A DNA stretch of 54,994 nucleotides from a virus (taxonomy: Duplodnaviria; Caudoviricetes). The position numbers were made by a program, and so were the translations under genes. Shown piece by piece: positions 17,848 through 27,777 of the stretch. The stretch is taken from the IMG/VR virus record IMGVR_UViG_3300047352_000276, positions 1 through 54,994 of that record. One strand, 5' to 3'. Within the stretch, counting starts at the first letter, position 1. Every line of letters begins with the position of its first letter. The notes beneath the pieces are model-generated. The model saw only the letters and a list, made by a program, of their open reading frames with translations, searched no databases and had not been told where the DNA came from.

Positions 17848-18858
17848 TTATCTGTTGCCCATGTAATAAGCACTGGCCAGAGAACCTAGTCCACCGATTG
17901 TTTGGCCATATATTGATGGTGCTTGAGCTGTCTGTTCACCTTGCTGCAAAGAGAATTGTCTCTGCTCATACGGAACGCCTTTGAGTGCACCGAGAGCAAA
18001 GTTGAGTTGCTGGTAGGGATATTGAGCTTGTTCTGTGTAGTCTGCGAATGCCAAGTCAAGAGCTGTCTGGTCTAGCCTCCGACGAGCCTCGCCAGCCCCT
18101 AAGAGGCCAGCTGCAGCTTGTTCTTGTAATCCTTGTACCATCGGAGCATAAGACTGCAAAGCCTCTGCCTCCCGAACTCTTGAAGCCTCTTCAGTCTCGA
18201 AAGCCTGACGTTGCCTGTCTTCTGCGGCCATCCTGCCAGCTCTATCAGCGTCAAACCTGCTGGCTGCGAATCCTAATCCTTCGGCTGCAGCCTTGGCTCG
18301 CAAGTCACCCGCCACCATAGCACCTTCTGAGCCTAAAAGAGCTTCTTGTATGCCGAGCCTTGAGCCACCGAATGCTCCTGCTCTGGCAGCTGCAGCTCTG
18401 GCATCATTCTGTCCGAGTCTTGTTTGCCGTTCTGCCTCTCGGACTCCTGCGTCTGCTGCGCCTTGATATATGTCTAAGAAAGGTTGAGCTGATTCTAAGC
18501 TGAAGTCAGAGCCCATGAGAGTGTCGTAGTCTTGTTTGGTGTAACCTTGGCCAAGACCTTTCGCAGCATCATAAGCAGTGTCCAAATAAGTTTGGTATTT
18601 CGTGGCATTGTCTCCGGAAAGCATGCCCATCGCTTGTTGCTCTTCTGGGGTGAGCTTGCTAACTGCGCCAGTTTCCGGATCAGTGTAAGACGCTATCCTT
18701 GCTCCAGTGTATTCTGGATATTCGCTCTTGGCCAACTCCATCGCTTGGTCGAAAAGTATGCGGCCACCAGCTGATACCCACTCTGGGATCTCTGTGCCCG
18801 AAAGAGTTGAGCTAGAAGAAGGAAGTGTTGTTGTTGTGCTTTGACATGCGCCGCCCAT
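17848..18858 (-). CDS. Putative DNA ejection/pilot protein
   Basis: Ala/Gln-rich; AGAFGGSR; C-terminal GGLGSLA. Confidence 0.6.
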   Translation of the reverse strand: MGGACQSTTTTLPSSSSTLSGTEIPEWVSAGGRILFDQAMELAKSEYPEYTGARIASYTDPETGAVSKLTPEEQQAMGMLSGDNATKYQTYLDTAYDAAKGLGQGYTKQDYDTLMGSDFSLESAQPFLDIYQGAADAGVREAERQTRLGQNDARAAAARAGAFGGSRLGIQEALLGSEGAMVAGDLRAKAAAEGLGFAASRFDADRAGRMAAEDRQRQAFETEEASRVREAEALQSYAPMVQGLQEQAAAGLLGAGEARRRLDQTALDLAFADYTEQAQYPYQQLNFALGALKGVPYEQRQFSLQQGEQTAQAPSIYGQTIGGLGSLASAYYMGNR

Positions 18859-18859
18859 T

Positions 18860-19303
18860 TTACGTCCCCACGAATAAAGACCCAGCTTTTACTAGGCCAA
18901 GTCTTTCAAAAAAGTTGTCTTTGCGATCCATATCGCCGGAATAAACATGCCCCAGCCGGACAGGAACTTTTGCTTCTTTTGCCATACCAATAAAATTTTT
19001 GACTAACTCATAAGCGACTCTGGTTTTTCGGCTGGCCTCAGAAACATAAAACCACATATCAGAAAGATGCCTTTCATCAGACCACCAGTCAGTGCTGATT
19101 GTTCCTCCGATTGATCCTGATATTTTGTTCTTTTCGTCGATCGCCACGAACACTATGCCTCTGTGTATTGCTTCGCTGATCTTGGCGACCAGCTTTTCAC
19201 TGCTTATCGGTGAGACGGGAATCTCGGTGTTTTTATGCATCTCCATAAGAAGCGCAATAATCGCCGAAATATCGAGTGGCCCAGCTCTCCGAACATCCAT
19301 CAC
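18860..19303 (-). CDS. GNAT-family acetyltransferase-like protein
   Basis: VRRA..D, WFYVSEASRK, FFERLG. Confidence 0.75.
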   Translation of the reverse strand: MMDVRRAGPLDISAIIALLMEMHKNTEIPVSPISSEKLVAKISEAIHRGIVFVAIDEKNKISGSIGGTISTDWWSDERHLSDMWFYVSEASRKTRVAYELVKNFIGMAKEAKVPVRLGHVYSGDMDRKDNFFERLGLVKAGSLFVGT

Positions 19304-19593
19304 ATACCGCCCAAAGCACCCATCTGCGGAGCTGCTTGTTGCGGAGCTGCTTGTTGCCCTTCAACCGCTTCTATAAGCTGCGCCAGCTCTGGGATCAACT
19401 TTATTAGGATCCGAGCAACTTCAGGGGTGATCGCTTCGTCCAGACGACCAAGCTCCTCAGGAGACATGTTCGACAATCGAGCCAAAAGAACTGCTGCGAT
19501 CTCTTCGTCCGGCTGCATCATCGCTTCGCGTGCTCTCGGATCCATTCCAGCATCCATATTCGCTCCACGCATATCAGGCATTTGTTCGGCCAT
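19300..19593 (-). CDS. Hypothetical virion-associated protein
   Basis: Coupled ORF; Met/Gln/Pro-rich. Confidence 0.65.
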   Translation of the reverse strand: MAEQMPDMRGANMDAGMDPRAREAMMQPDEEIAAVLLARLSNMSPEELGRLDEAITPEVARILIKLIPELAQLIEAVEGQQAAPQQAAPQMGALGGM

Positions 19594-20877
19594 CTAAGCC
19601 TCCTTGGTTTTGTAAAGAACAGACCAGTCTGTCTTTTTTGTGAACGCGCCAACAACCCAGCATGTTGGTTCTAATATCTTCCGGTAAATCTTGCCTAGAT
19701 AGTCTGGCTTGGTTCTCTGGCCATATATGTAAGCAATCTCATTCGACCTGTGTTGGGCTAGGTGTTTCCACAAACCGACAAAGCGACCTTTGCGCATCTG
19801 CTTGACCATCCACACTGCCCAAACGTGATATCCATTGACGTGCTGCGGGGAAAGATAGTCTCTCGTGAATCGATAGTCAAGGATCACACTCTGCCTGTCC
19901 ATCAAGCCTTGGCGCATCAGCTCATTGCATATTACCCTGCCACCCAAAGCACCACCCAGCATGCTGCCAACAACTCCACCGAGTCCTGGAAGTATAGCAT
20001 TTCCGAGAGCCATCCCGATAGCAGAAGCTCCTGCAGACTTAGCTGCCTCTTTGGGCTTCTTGCCCATGAGCAGGTTGACTCCGAAAGCTGCCAAACCAGC
20101 CCCACCAGCCGCACTCCAGTTGGCCTTGGCACCTTCGCCCCAAAGCCTGTTGCCCACACCTTCGAAGAATGTTGGGGCTGTTGAAGATGATGTTATTGCT
20201 TCTGCGGCTATGTTGCTTTCAACACCTTCCGGCAATTTGTCAAGCGCACCAGCCTCATAAACTCTCCTGCCATTGACAACTTCTGAGCTGTCTTTGAGTG
20301 CATTATAAGCAGCCTCATTGCCAGTTGCTGCGGCTGTTGCTTTGTTCGAAAGCTCTGGGTAATAAACTGCATTGTCAGACAATCCAGTCTCTAAAATTTT
20401 GTAACCTGCCTTGGTGCTGTCCGCAACTAACTCGGAGGGAAGATCTTTGAATGCACCTTTGGCTCCTGCTAACAGCTTGGCCCCAGAATCCCCAGACATA
20501 TATGGATCAACCAAAGCTGCTCCTGCGGAAGCTCCAACTGTCTGCCCCAGCTGGCTCAAAGTGTCTCCGGTGACTTGCTTGCTGATCTGTCCTGGACCCA
20601 TCATGCCTGTTGGTTGGCCTTGAGAGTCGACTAGCTTTTGATAATCCTCAAGCATCGAGTTGTCGAACTGGCTACTAGGATCAAAGCTCCGCTCACCTGT
20701 TTGGATCTGGGTCACCCAAGTCAGAGTTGGGACAGCCGCAGTTCCATACATTGTTTGGAGGTCAATGTTGGGATCTTGAGTGACTGCAGTGTTTTGGAAA
20801 ACGCCATATTCAACAGGCACAGACTCCTCTTCAGTTGTCTCGCCTGTCAGTCCTGTCAATGCACCTGCTGTAGCCAT
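19594..20877 (-). CDS. Putative internal virion protein with glycine zipper and C-terminal VIC...GYH.WA...DWSVLY domain
   Basis: GMALGNAILPGLGGVVGSMLGG zipper; C-domain paralogous to that of 40409-41737. Confidence 0.65.
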   Translation of the reverse strand: MATAGALTGLTGETTEEESVPVEYGVFQNTAVTQDPNIDLQTMYGTAAVPTLTWVTQIQTGERSFDPSSQFDNSMLEDYQKLVDSQGQPTGMMGPGQISKQVTGDTLSQLGQTVGASAGAALVDPYMSGDSGAKLLAGAKGAFKDLPSELVADSTKAGYKILETGLSDNAVYYPELSNKATAAATGNEAAYNALKDSSEVVNGRRVYEAGALDKLPEGVESNIAAEAITSSSTAPTFFEGVGNRLWGEGAKANWSAAGGAGLAAFGVNLLMGKKPKEAAKSAGASAIGMALGNAILPGLGGVVGSMLGGALGGRVICNELMRQGLMDRQSVILDYRFTRDYLSPQHVNGYHVWAVWMVKQMRKGRFVGLWKHLAQHRSNEIAYIYGQRTKPDYLGKIYRKILEPTCWVVGAFTKKTDWSVLYKTKEA

Positions 20878-20927
20878 GAAAGATTCCTTTGACTAATTTT
20901 AGTTTATATTGCGTGAGTAGTAAATCA

Positions 20928-21257
20928 TTAACTTATCTCCAGCAATGATGCCACAACGTGCAACCTGTTTCCTGTGGCTGCGGTGACTTTTATTATCTCA
21001 TCTTCTTGAACGACCAAAGGCTGCGTCAAAAGCTCAACAGTCGCATTCGCACCCACAGCCTTGACTTTAAATAAAGAGAAAGTCGCAGGAGATGAGGCTG
21101 CATCTGTGATTGTGACGGTGATTGTGTCAGCATTGCCGCTGTCTTCAGAAACAAGCAATGACTTGATTAATGTGGTGGTCGCATTGGGAGCTGTATAAAG
21201 GACAGTTGCTCCTGTTCCCGTCAAATCAACTTTCGCGTTTTTATAGTTGTTAGCCAT
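20928..21257 (-). CDS. Structural protein (beta-rich)
   Basis: MANNYKN start; position in the tail module. Confidence 0.65.
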   Translation of the reverse strand: MANNYKNAKVDLTGTGATVLYTAPNATTTLIKSLLVSEDSGNADTITVTITDAASSPATFSLFKVKAVGANATVELLTQPLVVQEDEIIKVTAATGNRLHVVASLLEIS

Positions 21258-21445
21258 TACCCAATGAACCACGCTGTAGCTTCAGCTTGCTCTGTGGCTG
21301 AATTAAGACCTGCTGAGTTGGCAAAATAAGTTGCCTGTTTTTCTAACTCGATTGTATTGGTCAAGCGTGCCATATAACTCCGGTGATACTCCTCTGGAGG
21401 AGTTGGCAACCTTAAGACTGCTAGTGGGGCTGCTGGCTGGTTCAT
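21257..21445 (-). CDS. Hypothetical structural protein
   Basis: LPTPPEEY motif; coupled ORF. Confidence 0.6.
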   Translation of the reverse strand: MNQPAAPLAVLRLPTPPEEYHRSYMARLTNTIELEKQATYFANSAGLNSATEQAEATAWFIG

Positions 21446-23352
21446 CTCGGGCCATCCTGTCTTAAGTCAATTCTAAAGTCTCCAAGCTGCCATTCGTCTT
21501 GGGTTCCTGTGCTTTGGAACTTTAAAGCTATTTGTCGACCTTTGACTCTGGTGCTGATCTTTTCGGTTGTGGAGGTGATGTTGAATGGACCTTTAGAAGT
21601 CTCGGAAGCATTCGGAAACTTGCGAGTATTCATGAAAACTGAAACTGTGCTGTTGGCTCCCATTGTGATGTCTGGGATTATCCTGTCAACCATATAAAGA
21701 TCGTTGCCTTCTGTCGTCATTTCTCTTGGCGCACCTTCAATAAAGCAATTCATAGCTGCGCCATCTGCGCTTGTTCCTGTCTCTTGATTATACAAATGAC
21801 CACCTGCATCAAATGCGAATGGTTTTTCTCGAGAGCCAAACGCATCATTCCAGACCGTCCTGTCCATAGCTCCAATAGACCAAGCATTTTCAGCATAGTT
21901 GTAAGAAACATAGCTGTCTGGCTCAGGATTATCAGCAGCTGTGTTCTGGTCAGAAACATAGAACCAAGTGACCTCGTTGAATTCAACATTATGACCGACT
22001 GCAGTCTTGTCGAAATAACGGCCTTGCATTCTGTCGAAAACAAAATGTTTTACGGAACAAGGAATCTCTTTGACAACACCATCATAAACGTAAAAAGATC
22101 TGTTGCTCATCCAATATACATTGCCATCAATAGCGATCATCGAGTTTATGCCATTGGCACCAACTCCAGTGGCCAGCAATCGGAAAGAGAATATAAATGG
22201 TGCACCAACGAACGTCATGCCATAAATAGCCTCGTCGGTGCTTATTATAGTTTCTTCTCGGGTATTGACCATTGTGATTATTTTTGTGCCAACTTCCAAC
22301 CGTTGATCGCCAGCTGTGTTGGTTGCTGTTGGTGCAAACTTCGTAAAGTCTTCTTGAGTTGACCATCGGACCAACATCGGATCCAAGTCACCAGAGCTTC
22401 CATCAGCTGCGACGTAAACGCTGGCCCCACCAGCTATAAAGTGTCTGTCTGGGAAACTAACGACAGAGGTTCTTATTTGAACTGGGACAGAAGCTGCCTC
22501 GGCTATTGATGACACCAAAACTGCTCTGCTCGTAACATTAGAAGATGTGTCCCAATAATAAACATCATGGCCTCTAACTGTTGCAAGAAGATCTTCTCCC
22601 CAAAGATTCAAGCTCCAAACAGAACTTTCAAGACTGACTTGAGACAAAGACAAAGATCTTGGCGTGTTCCAAGTTGATTCATTCCATCCACCAACACCCC
22701 AACCCAAAGCTGGAGCAGCACTCTGGGTTCCCAGCCCATCATTGGATCCGATCAGGTATTTTATGTCTATTGTCGTGCCGCCACCTGTGGCTCCGCTCGT
22801 TGCAGCTGATGGGGATTGTATCGAATAAGAATTAGTGTCAATGAAAGTTATTTGGTAGCCAGACATTCTGTTGATCGTGTCTGCGGGGATCCCTCCTGTA
22901 GCAGTGGCAGAGTTTATTACAACCCAATCACCATCTGAAGCTCCATGCGCATTGTCGGTCACAGTGATAGTCGTGCTGCCATTGGTCACCACTAAAGGAT
23001 TAGAGAGGTTGCTCGTGGTTTTCCGCAGTGGTGTTATGTCATAGATTGCATTGTTTTGAATTATATAAAGATGGTTGTGCGTCCCGACGGCTATCCTGTC
23101 AACACCATCGACTGCTCTCCAGAAAACCATCTTCCGACCAACACCAGTCAATGTAGCTTCAGTAGACGTTGCTTCTCCAGCAGGATCTAATGCATAAAAC
23201 GCATCTTTTTGCCAGCCACCAATTTTCTCTGGGTAACCATTGACAAAGCGGACAAGATCACTGTCAACGTAAAATGGCCCATTCTTACCAGCAGAATATT
23301 CTGTGGTGTCTTTAACAATCCCTGAGTTATATTTTATCAGAGAAAAAGTCAT
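21442..23352 (-). CDS. Tail nozzle/packaged-DNA stabilization protein (beta-propeller-like)
   Basis: 636 aa, VRFVNGYPEKIGGW, VRWS.QED, beta-rich; podovirus-type position. Confidence 0.65.
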   Translation of the reverse strand: MTFSLIKYNSGIVKDTTEYSAGKNGPFYVDSDLVRFVNGYPEKIGGWQKDAFYALDPAGEATSTEATLTGVGRKMVFWRAVDGVDRIAVGTHNHLYIIQNNAIYDITPLRKTTSNLSNPLVVTNGSTTITVTDNAHGASDGDWVVINSATATGGIPADTINRMSGYQITFIDTNSYSIQSPSAATSGATGGGTTIDIKYLIGSNDGLGTQSAAPALGWGVGGWNESTWNTPRSLSLSQVSLESSVWSLNLWGEDLLATVRGHDVYYWDTSSNVTSRAVLVSSIAEAASVPVQIRTSVVSFPDRHFIAGGASVYVAADGSSGDLDPMLVRWSTQEDFTKFAPTATNTAGDQRLEVGTKIITMVNTREETIISTDEAIYGMTFVGAPFIFSFRLLATGVGANGINSMIAIDGNVYWMSNRSFYVYDGVVKEIPCSVKHFVFDRMQGRYFDKTAVGHNVEFNEVTWFYVSDQNTAADNPEPDSYVSYNYAENAWSIGAMDRTVWNDAFGSREKPFAFDAGGHLYNQETGTSADGAAMNCFIEGAPREMTTEGNDLYMVDRIIPDITMGANSTVSVFMNTRKFPNASETSKGPFNITSTTEKISTRVKGRQIALKFQSTGTQDEWQLGDFRIDLRQDGPR

Positions 23353-23353
23353 A

Positions 23354-23806
23354 TTAAAAAGCTAGCTCAAAATGAGGTGCATCTATGAATGGCCTACGAC
23401 CTTGTGACCTGCGAATGTCAATGTAGCTGTTCATCGCATTCTCCGCAGTTCCCTCCCAATCCCCGAGAGAGTCGACTGTCCAAGCTGCACCCCACTTGAT
23501 CTTAACTCCAGAGGCTGCAGCAGCTTCTTTCATCGCATCAGCAATCTCGTCGTAAAGGTTAAGCTCCCAACGACCACCATCAACGTAAGCCATCAAGTCG
23601 ACAGCATTGCCGTGAATGTGCTTGCTTTTCATTGTTTGGCTGGCACCTTTTGCGACAAGAGCTTTTTGCTCTTCTATCGTCCTCAATCCGCAAATCACTG
23701 AAAAGTCTTGTTTCGTAACGCCGATGGCGTACTTCACGACAGTTACCAGATTTTCGTTGACACCTTCTAGCCTTGATAGGCTTCGTTTTCCTAACTTGTA
23801 TCCCAT
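23354..23806 (-). CDS. Endolysin, M15-family peptidase
   Basis: GLRT..EQ, SKHIHGNAVD, IKWG..W, DAPHFEL. Confidence 0.88.
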   Translation of the reverse strand: MGYKLGKRSLSRLEGVNENLVTVVKYAIGVTKQDFSVICGLRTIEEQKALVAKGASQTMKSKHIHGNAVDLMAYVDGGRWELNLYDEIADAMKEAAAASGVKIKWGAAWTVDSLGDWEGTAENAMNSYIDIRRSQGRRPFIDAPHFELAF

Positions 23807-23808
23807 GG

Positions 23809-24264
23809 CTACTTCCCCGCATACTTCGTGATCGCACGATTCCCAAACCAAAACGCCAAGACCGCACTGAACAGTCCAGACGTTTCTCCATCCCACATCA
23901 AGTCAACTGCTTGCATCCAATCACCACCAGCTTGCGTGACTTTGACCATAATTACAACTTTCGTGGCTACGAACAATCCGAAAAAGGCATAAGTAATGAT
24001 AGGGCGAACGCTGCCCCTGAGAGCGTTGACAAAGCCTCCAGCGTCAATAGATCGGTCATGTGCATACAAACCTTTTGTTTCTTCGATGTCTGCCTTTTTA
24101 TCTAGCTCAACCAATTTCATTTCGCTGCGTCTTTGAGCAAGATCTGTTTCTATTTGCATCATTTCAATGCGGTGTTTTTGTTGCTGGTTTGCCTTGAAGT
24201 AATCAAGAACAGACGGGAGAAACGATGATCCGAAGCCAAGCAGACTTCCCAGAAGAGCCATCAT
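23809..24264 (-). CDS. Holin-like membrane protein (3TM type)
   Basis: SVRPIITY...AFWFGNR; TM segments; next to the endolysin. Confidence 0.65.
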   Translation of the reverse strand: MMALLGSLLGFGSSFLPSVLDYFKANQQQKHRIEMMQIETDLAQRRSEMKLVELDKKADIEETKGLYAHDRSIDAGGFVNALRGSVRPIITYAFFGLFVATKVVIMVKVTQAGGDWMQAVDLMWDGETSGLFSAVLAFWFGNRAITKYAGK

Positions 24265-24461
24265 TTCTCTGATCCTAACCACACAGCGAATGCACCTGTC
24301 ATAGCACCTGTCACGGTGGCAGTCAATGCAGTGGCCTGAGTGCTAACAACATCCTGTGGGAGAGACATGAACCACTCAATCACACGAATGTACATAACCG
24401 TCATCACCAACATCATGAATCGAGGCATAATTTTCCATGCCAAAAACTTTTCCATAGTCAT
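24261..24461 (-). CDS. Small 2-TM membrane protein (lysis cassette)
   Basis: Two hydrophobic helices. Confidence 0.6.
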   Translation of the reverse strand: MTMEKFLAWKIMPRFMMLVMTVMYIRVIEWFMSLPQDVVSTQATALTATVTGAMTGAFAVWLGSEK

Positions 24462-24465
24462 GCTC

Positions 24466-24636
24466 TCACCCCATCTTTGTTAGCACAGTTATCAACATCA
24501 TGATTATCGCAGCACTAGCACCAATCATGATAGCCTCGACTCTCTTTACTCTGGTGAACAACTCTTTAAATTGTATTCTCACTTCGGTTTGAAGAGATGC
24601 CATTTCTTTTTCCAGCGCAGATACGCGCTCCTCCAT
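24466..24636 (-). CDS. Coiled-coil plus C-terminal TM protein (XhlA-like, 56 aa)
   Basis: Read manually: MEERVSALEKEMASLQTEV...IMIGASAAIIMMLITVLTKMG. Confidence 0.6.
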   Translation of the reverse strand: MEERVSALEKEMASLQTEVRIQFKELFTRVKRVEAIMIGASAAIIMMLITVLTKMG

Positions 24637-24637
24637 A

Positions 24638-25102
24638 TCAGCCATAGTTGAATTGAGCTGTTACGCCAATCATTTCTTGGTTTGAATGCTCCCCATCTCT
24701 TAACGCTTGATTGTCGTTGTCAACCAGCCTCGCAGGGAAAGTCGTTTTAACTATTTGTTTTAAATTTCTCAAACTCACATACCTTTCATATTGCTCTTTA
24801 TGTATTCTTTTTACTGCGACTGCTCTTATCCCCGTATAAGTATCTCCATCTTCAACAGAAGAAAGGTTGAAATATCTTGGATCATCATCAGCAAGGTCTT
24901 TAGGGTGAGTTGTTAATTTGTTTGCTGGATTGATGATTAATGCATTGTATTTTTTAACATCAGGCTCGACAATGTGTATCTCACAATAAGACAAAAAGTT
25001 TGTGTTAAACTCAGAAACAAATTTTGCTGCTGCTGTCTGAGCATCTTGTTCACTTGTGTACATTGTCATGTTCCAAAGATACCTAGTGGTGTATTCAGTC
25101 AT
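24638..25102 (-). CDS. Hypothetical protein (possible tail-fibre partner)
   Basis: AT-rich ORF coupled to the glycine-rich gene. Confidence 0.6.
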   Translation of the reverse strand: MTEYTTRYLWNMTMYTSEQDAQTAAAKFVSEFNTNFLSYCEIHIVEPDVKKYNALIINPANKLTTHPKDLADDDPRYFNLSSVEDGDTYTGIRAVAVKRIHKEQYERYVSLRNLKQIVKTTFPARLVDNDNQALRDGEHSNQEMIGVTAQFNYG

Positions 25103-25899
25103 GATGTCGCTCCGTAAGTCGTTCCACTATTGCTGAGTGTGTAGCTTTGACCATTAGGTTGTATGGCTTTGCCGCCAGAACCATTGCCTGTTTGAGAAAC
25201 ACCTCCAGATGCACCCCAGCCACCGCCACCGCCAGCACCGTAAGTATAATTGCTTGCACCACCACCGCCACCACCGCCACTGCCACCAGAGCCAGAGTAC
25301 GATCCACCACCGCCACCAGAGCCAGGAAGAATGTATCCCCCACCAGCAGTGCTAGTCCCGCAATATCCACCAGCAGCCCAGTTAATGACATAAGCAGAGC
25401 CACCACCTCCTGCGCCGCCGCCACCGCCACCGCCACCATATCCTGCGTTGCCAGCTCGACCTGTCGAATTAAGTTGCGCTTGGCCATTGCCATTGCCACC
25501 GCCAGCACCGCCACCTTGACCACCGCAGTTGCCGCCACCGCCACTGCCGCCACCGCCAGCAATGTAACTTCCAGAAGCATTTATTATAGTTACACCAGTG
25601 GTGCTAGACATTATTTCTATTGCATTGCCGCCATCGTTCCCACCACCTCTTCCGACAATTTTCCCGTAATTTTCAATTGTGCAGTCGGGAGTGTCTATCC
25701 GCAATCCAGCAGTGCCTGTGGAGGTGCCCCAAACCCAAAAGTCAGTGGGGATGATTAGTGTGCCACCAGTGCTGATAAAATCAGAGGTAAGAACATTTTG
25801 CCTGTTTTGCTGGGAGTTTATCAATGCTTCTGTCTCAAGCGTAACAGGCCCACCACCACCTGACCCAAATCCTAAAACATTAAATCCAAAGCCAGTCAT
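25099..25899 (-). CDS. Glycine-rich tail/receptor-binding-like protein
   Basis: IENYGKIVGRGG, IAGGGGSGGGG polyglycine tracts. Confidence 0.7.
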   Translation of the reverse strand: MTGFGFNVLGFGSGGGGPVTLETEALINSQQNRQNVLTSDFISTGGTLIIPTDFWVWGTSTGTAGLRIDTPDCTIENYGKIVGRGGGNDGGNAIEIMSSTTGVTIINASGSYIAGGGGSGGGGNCGGQGGGAGGGNGNGQAQLNSTGRAGNAGYGGGGGGGGAGGGGSAYVINWAAGGYCGTSTAGGGYILPGSGGGGGSYSGSGGSGGGGGGGASNYTYGAGGGGGWGASGGVSQTGNGSGGKAIQPNGQSYTLSNSGTTYGATS

Positions 25900-25907
25900 T
25901 TTTCCTC

Positions 25908-27335
25908 CTATGCATCGTTAGCTGCATCAGTTGTAAATAATATTTTTACACCCAACAATCTTGCTGCACCTGTTTGATCATCTGCGCTCGTGTCACGATT
26001 GATTTGGAAAAAGCACATATCATTTGCGGCTGGGCTTCCTGCGATTGTCACTGCGCCACTTTCTGCGCTAACCATCAAGTCATTTGACGTGCCAGAGAAT
26101 GCAAGTGCTGTTGTCGCTACCTGAGTGCCAAAAGCTGTGTCTATGCTTTCGTCGTTTGTAATTGCCACCCCAGCAAGTTGCCAAGCAACCGTGCCAGTGT
26201 TTGTGCCTGTTACTGTCCAAAAAGGCTGAAAGGTGATCGTGCCTTCGTTCCAAGACTTAGGCATGGCTACAGCAAATTGAGCAAAGTCATCCGCATCAGC
26301 CGCAAAGTCCAAAACTTTTAAATCAGGTCGCAAAGCTGTTGTTTCAACTTGCTCTGGCCCACCACATGGATTGGTTGTGCTTGGGTACATAGCAATCGCT
26401 GGCACGAAGATCGTCTCTTTGCCAGCAACTTTGACCGCTGCACCGCCTACTGTTGCTGCGCCAGTGACTTCTACGCCAGTGGCTGTTGTGGCGATTTTGA
26501 CTGCATTGTCGTGATAAAGGCTAACCGCACCATCAACTTCAAAAAAGCCCATAGTTTCGCCAGTGTATTTGCCTATAGTAACATTGCTATTTCCGCGTAG
26601 GATTAGCCCACCTGTTCCAGCATCATCTACATAGGAATTTGACCCATCGTGATAAATCTGCAAATCTTCGTTATTTCCGAACTTTGCAGAAGTTGAATCA
26701 GAAAATATAAGTGCATTAGCACTACTATCCCAAACAACATTCCTAGCAGCCGTATCGCCGTGCAAGGTAACGTCATAGCCTTGGTCGTTAGCACCTACAG
26801 TAAAAGTGGCGTCTAGCTGAACTGCGCCATCAATATCAACAGCATCAAGATTGGTTGTGCCATCTACATCAATGTTTCCACTAACTGTCAAATTATCAGT
26901 TACAGTTGTCCCAGCCAGATTTACATCTGTCAAAAGATCATAAATTACTGCACCTGATCCTGCGCCATCTGTGGCAATCATTTTGACCTGACCAGCAAGC
27001 ACTGCAACATTGGCTCCAGAGCCTTGAGTGAATGTCAGAGTATAGCTAGTTGCATTCTCAATCATCCAAACTTTTGAAACGGTGTTTGGTGCAAGTGTGA
27101 CTGTGCAAGCCTGACCACCGCCTGTGCATTTTAGATAGAACCTTCGTTCATCACCCTTGGCACCATCTGGGACAGTGACCGTATGTGTAGAGGCATTCGC
27201 AATAGCTTCAGTGCCGTAAGCAAATGCCTCTGCAATCATTTCCAAGTTTAGGTTTGTGACTGTTCCCCATGATCCCGACTGGTCGCCAGTCGCCATTTCA
27301 TTGAGGCGTAAGTCGTTTACATAGGTTGAAGCCAT
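25908..27335 (-). CDS. Tail fibre protein
   Basis: MASTY...GDQSGSWGTVTN N-terminus; DLQIYHDGSNSY repeats. Confidence 0.7.
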   Translation of the reverse strand: MASTYVNDLRLNEMATGDQSGSWGTVTNLNLEMIAEAFAYGTEAIANASTHTVTVPDGAKGDERRFYLKCTGGGQACTVTLAPNTVSKVWMIENATSYTLTFTQGSGANVAVLAGQVKMIATDGAGSGAVIYDLLTDVNLAGTTVTDNLTVSGNIDVDGTTNLDAVDIDGAVQLDATFTVGANDQGYDVTLHGDTAARNVVWDSSANALIFSDSTSAKFGNNEDLQIYHDGSNSYVDDAGTGGLILRGNSNVTIGKYTGETMGFFEVDGAVSLYHDNAVKIATTATGVEVTGAATVGGAAVKVAGKETIFVPAIAMYPSTTNPCGGPEQVETTALRPDLKVLDFAADADDFAQFAVAMPKSWNEGTITFQPFWTVTGTNTGTVAWQLAGVAITNDESIDTAFGTQVATTALAFSGTSNDLMVSAESGAVTIAGSPAANDMCFFQINRDTSADDQTGAARLLGVKILFTTDAANDA

Positions 27336-27336
27336 T

Positions 27337-27777
27337 TTAGTCGATCCTTACAATTGCATTGTTTGCAGTCGCTGCTGGGAATACAATTTTAAACGTACCA
27401 CCAGAAACAGAGAAGTCACCGCCAAAATCAAGGATGGCAATCGCACCTCTTGAGTTTGAAGATGCATCGCCCAGTGTTTTGTTGTAGATCAAAGCACCAC
27501 GAGCAGTGAATGTTGCGCTTGTCCATTCTGGATCAGCCGCATCAAAAACACCACTGGTGCTGTTTTCTGTTACTGCCTTGCTTGCCAATGCAACACCGCC
27601 AGTGGTGTAACCATTGCCGTTGGCAACTTCATTGCTGGTTATGTAACCATCTGTCGCCGCACTCAATGTCGCGCTGCTCGTATACAGCGCAATATAAACA
27701 TTGTCGCTGTCTAGATGGTGGTCGCCCAACATGACGTCTTTTTTAAAGAGTGTACTCATTGCTTGTGTGATAGCCAT
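27337..27777 (-). CDS. Structural protein
   Basis: IALYTSSA, GYTTGG, TARGALIYN, LDFG pattern. Confidence 0.7.
   Translation of the reverse strand: MAITQAMSTLFKKDVMLGDHHLDSDNVYIALYTSSATLSAATDGYITSNEVANGNGYTTGGVALASKAVTENSTSGVFDAADPEWTSATFTARGALIYNKTLGDASSNSRGAIAILDFGGDFSVSGGTFKIVFPAATANNAIVRID

Noticed and set aside
25095-25758. Ala/Val-rich and Thr/Ala-rich ORFs (25095-25580 -, 25147-25758 +)
   Set aside because: Alternative-frame shadows of the polyglycine GGY codon runs in 25099-25899
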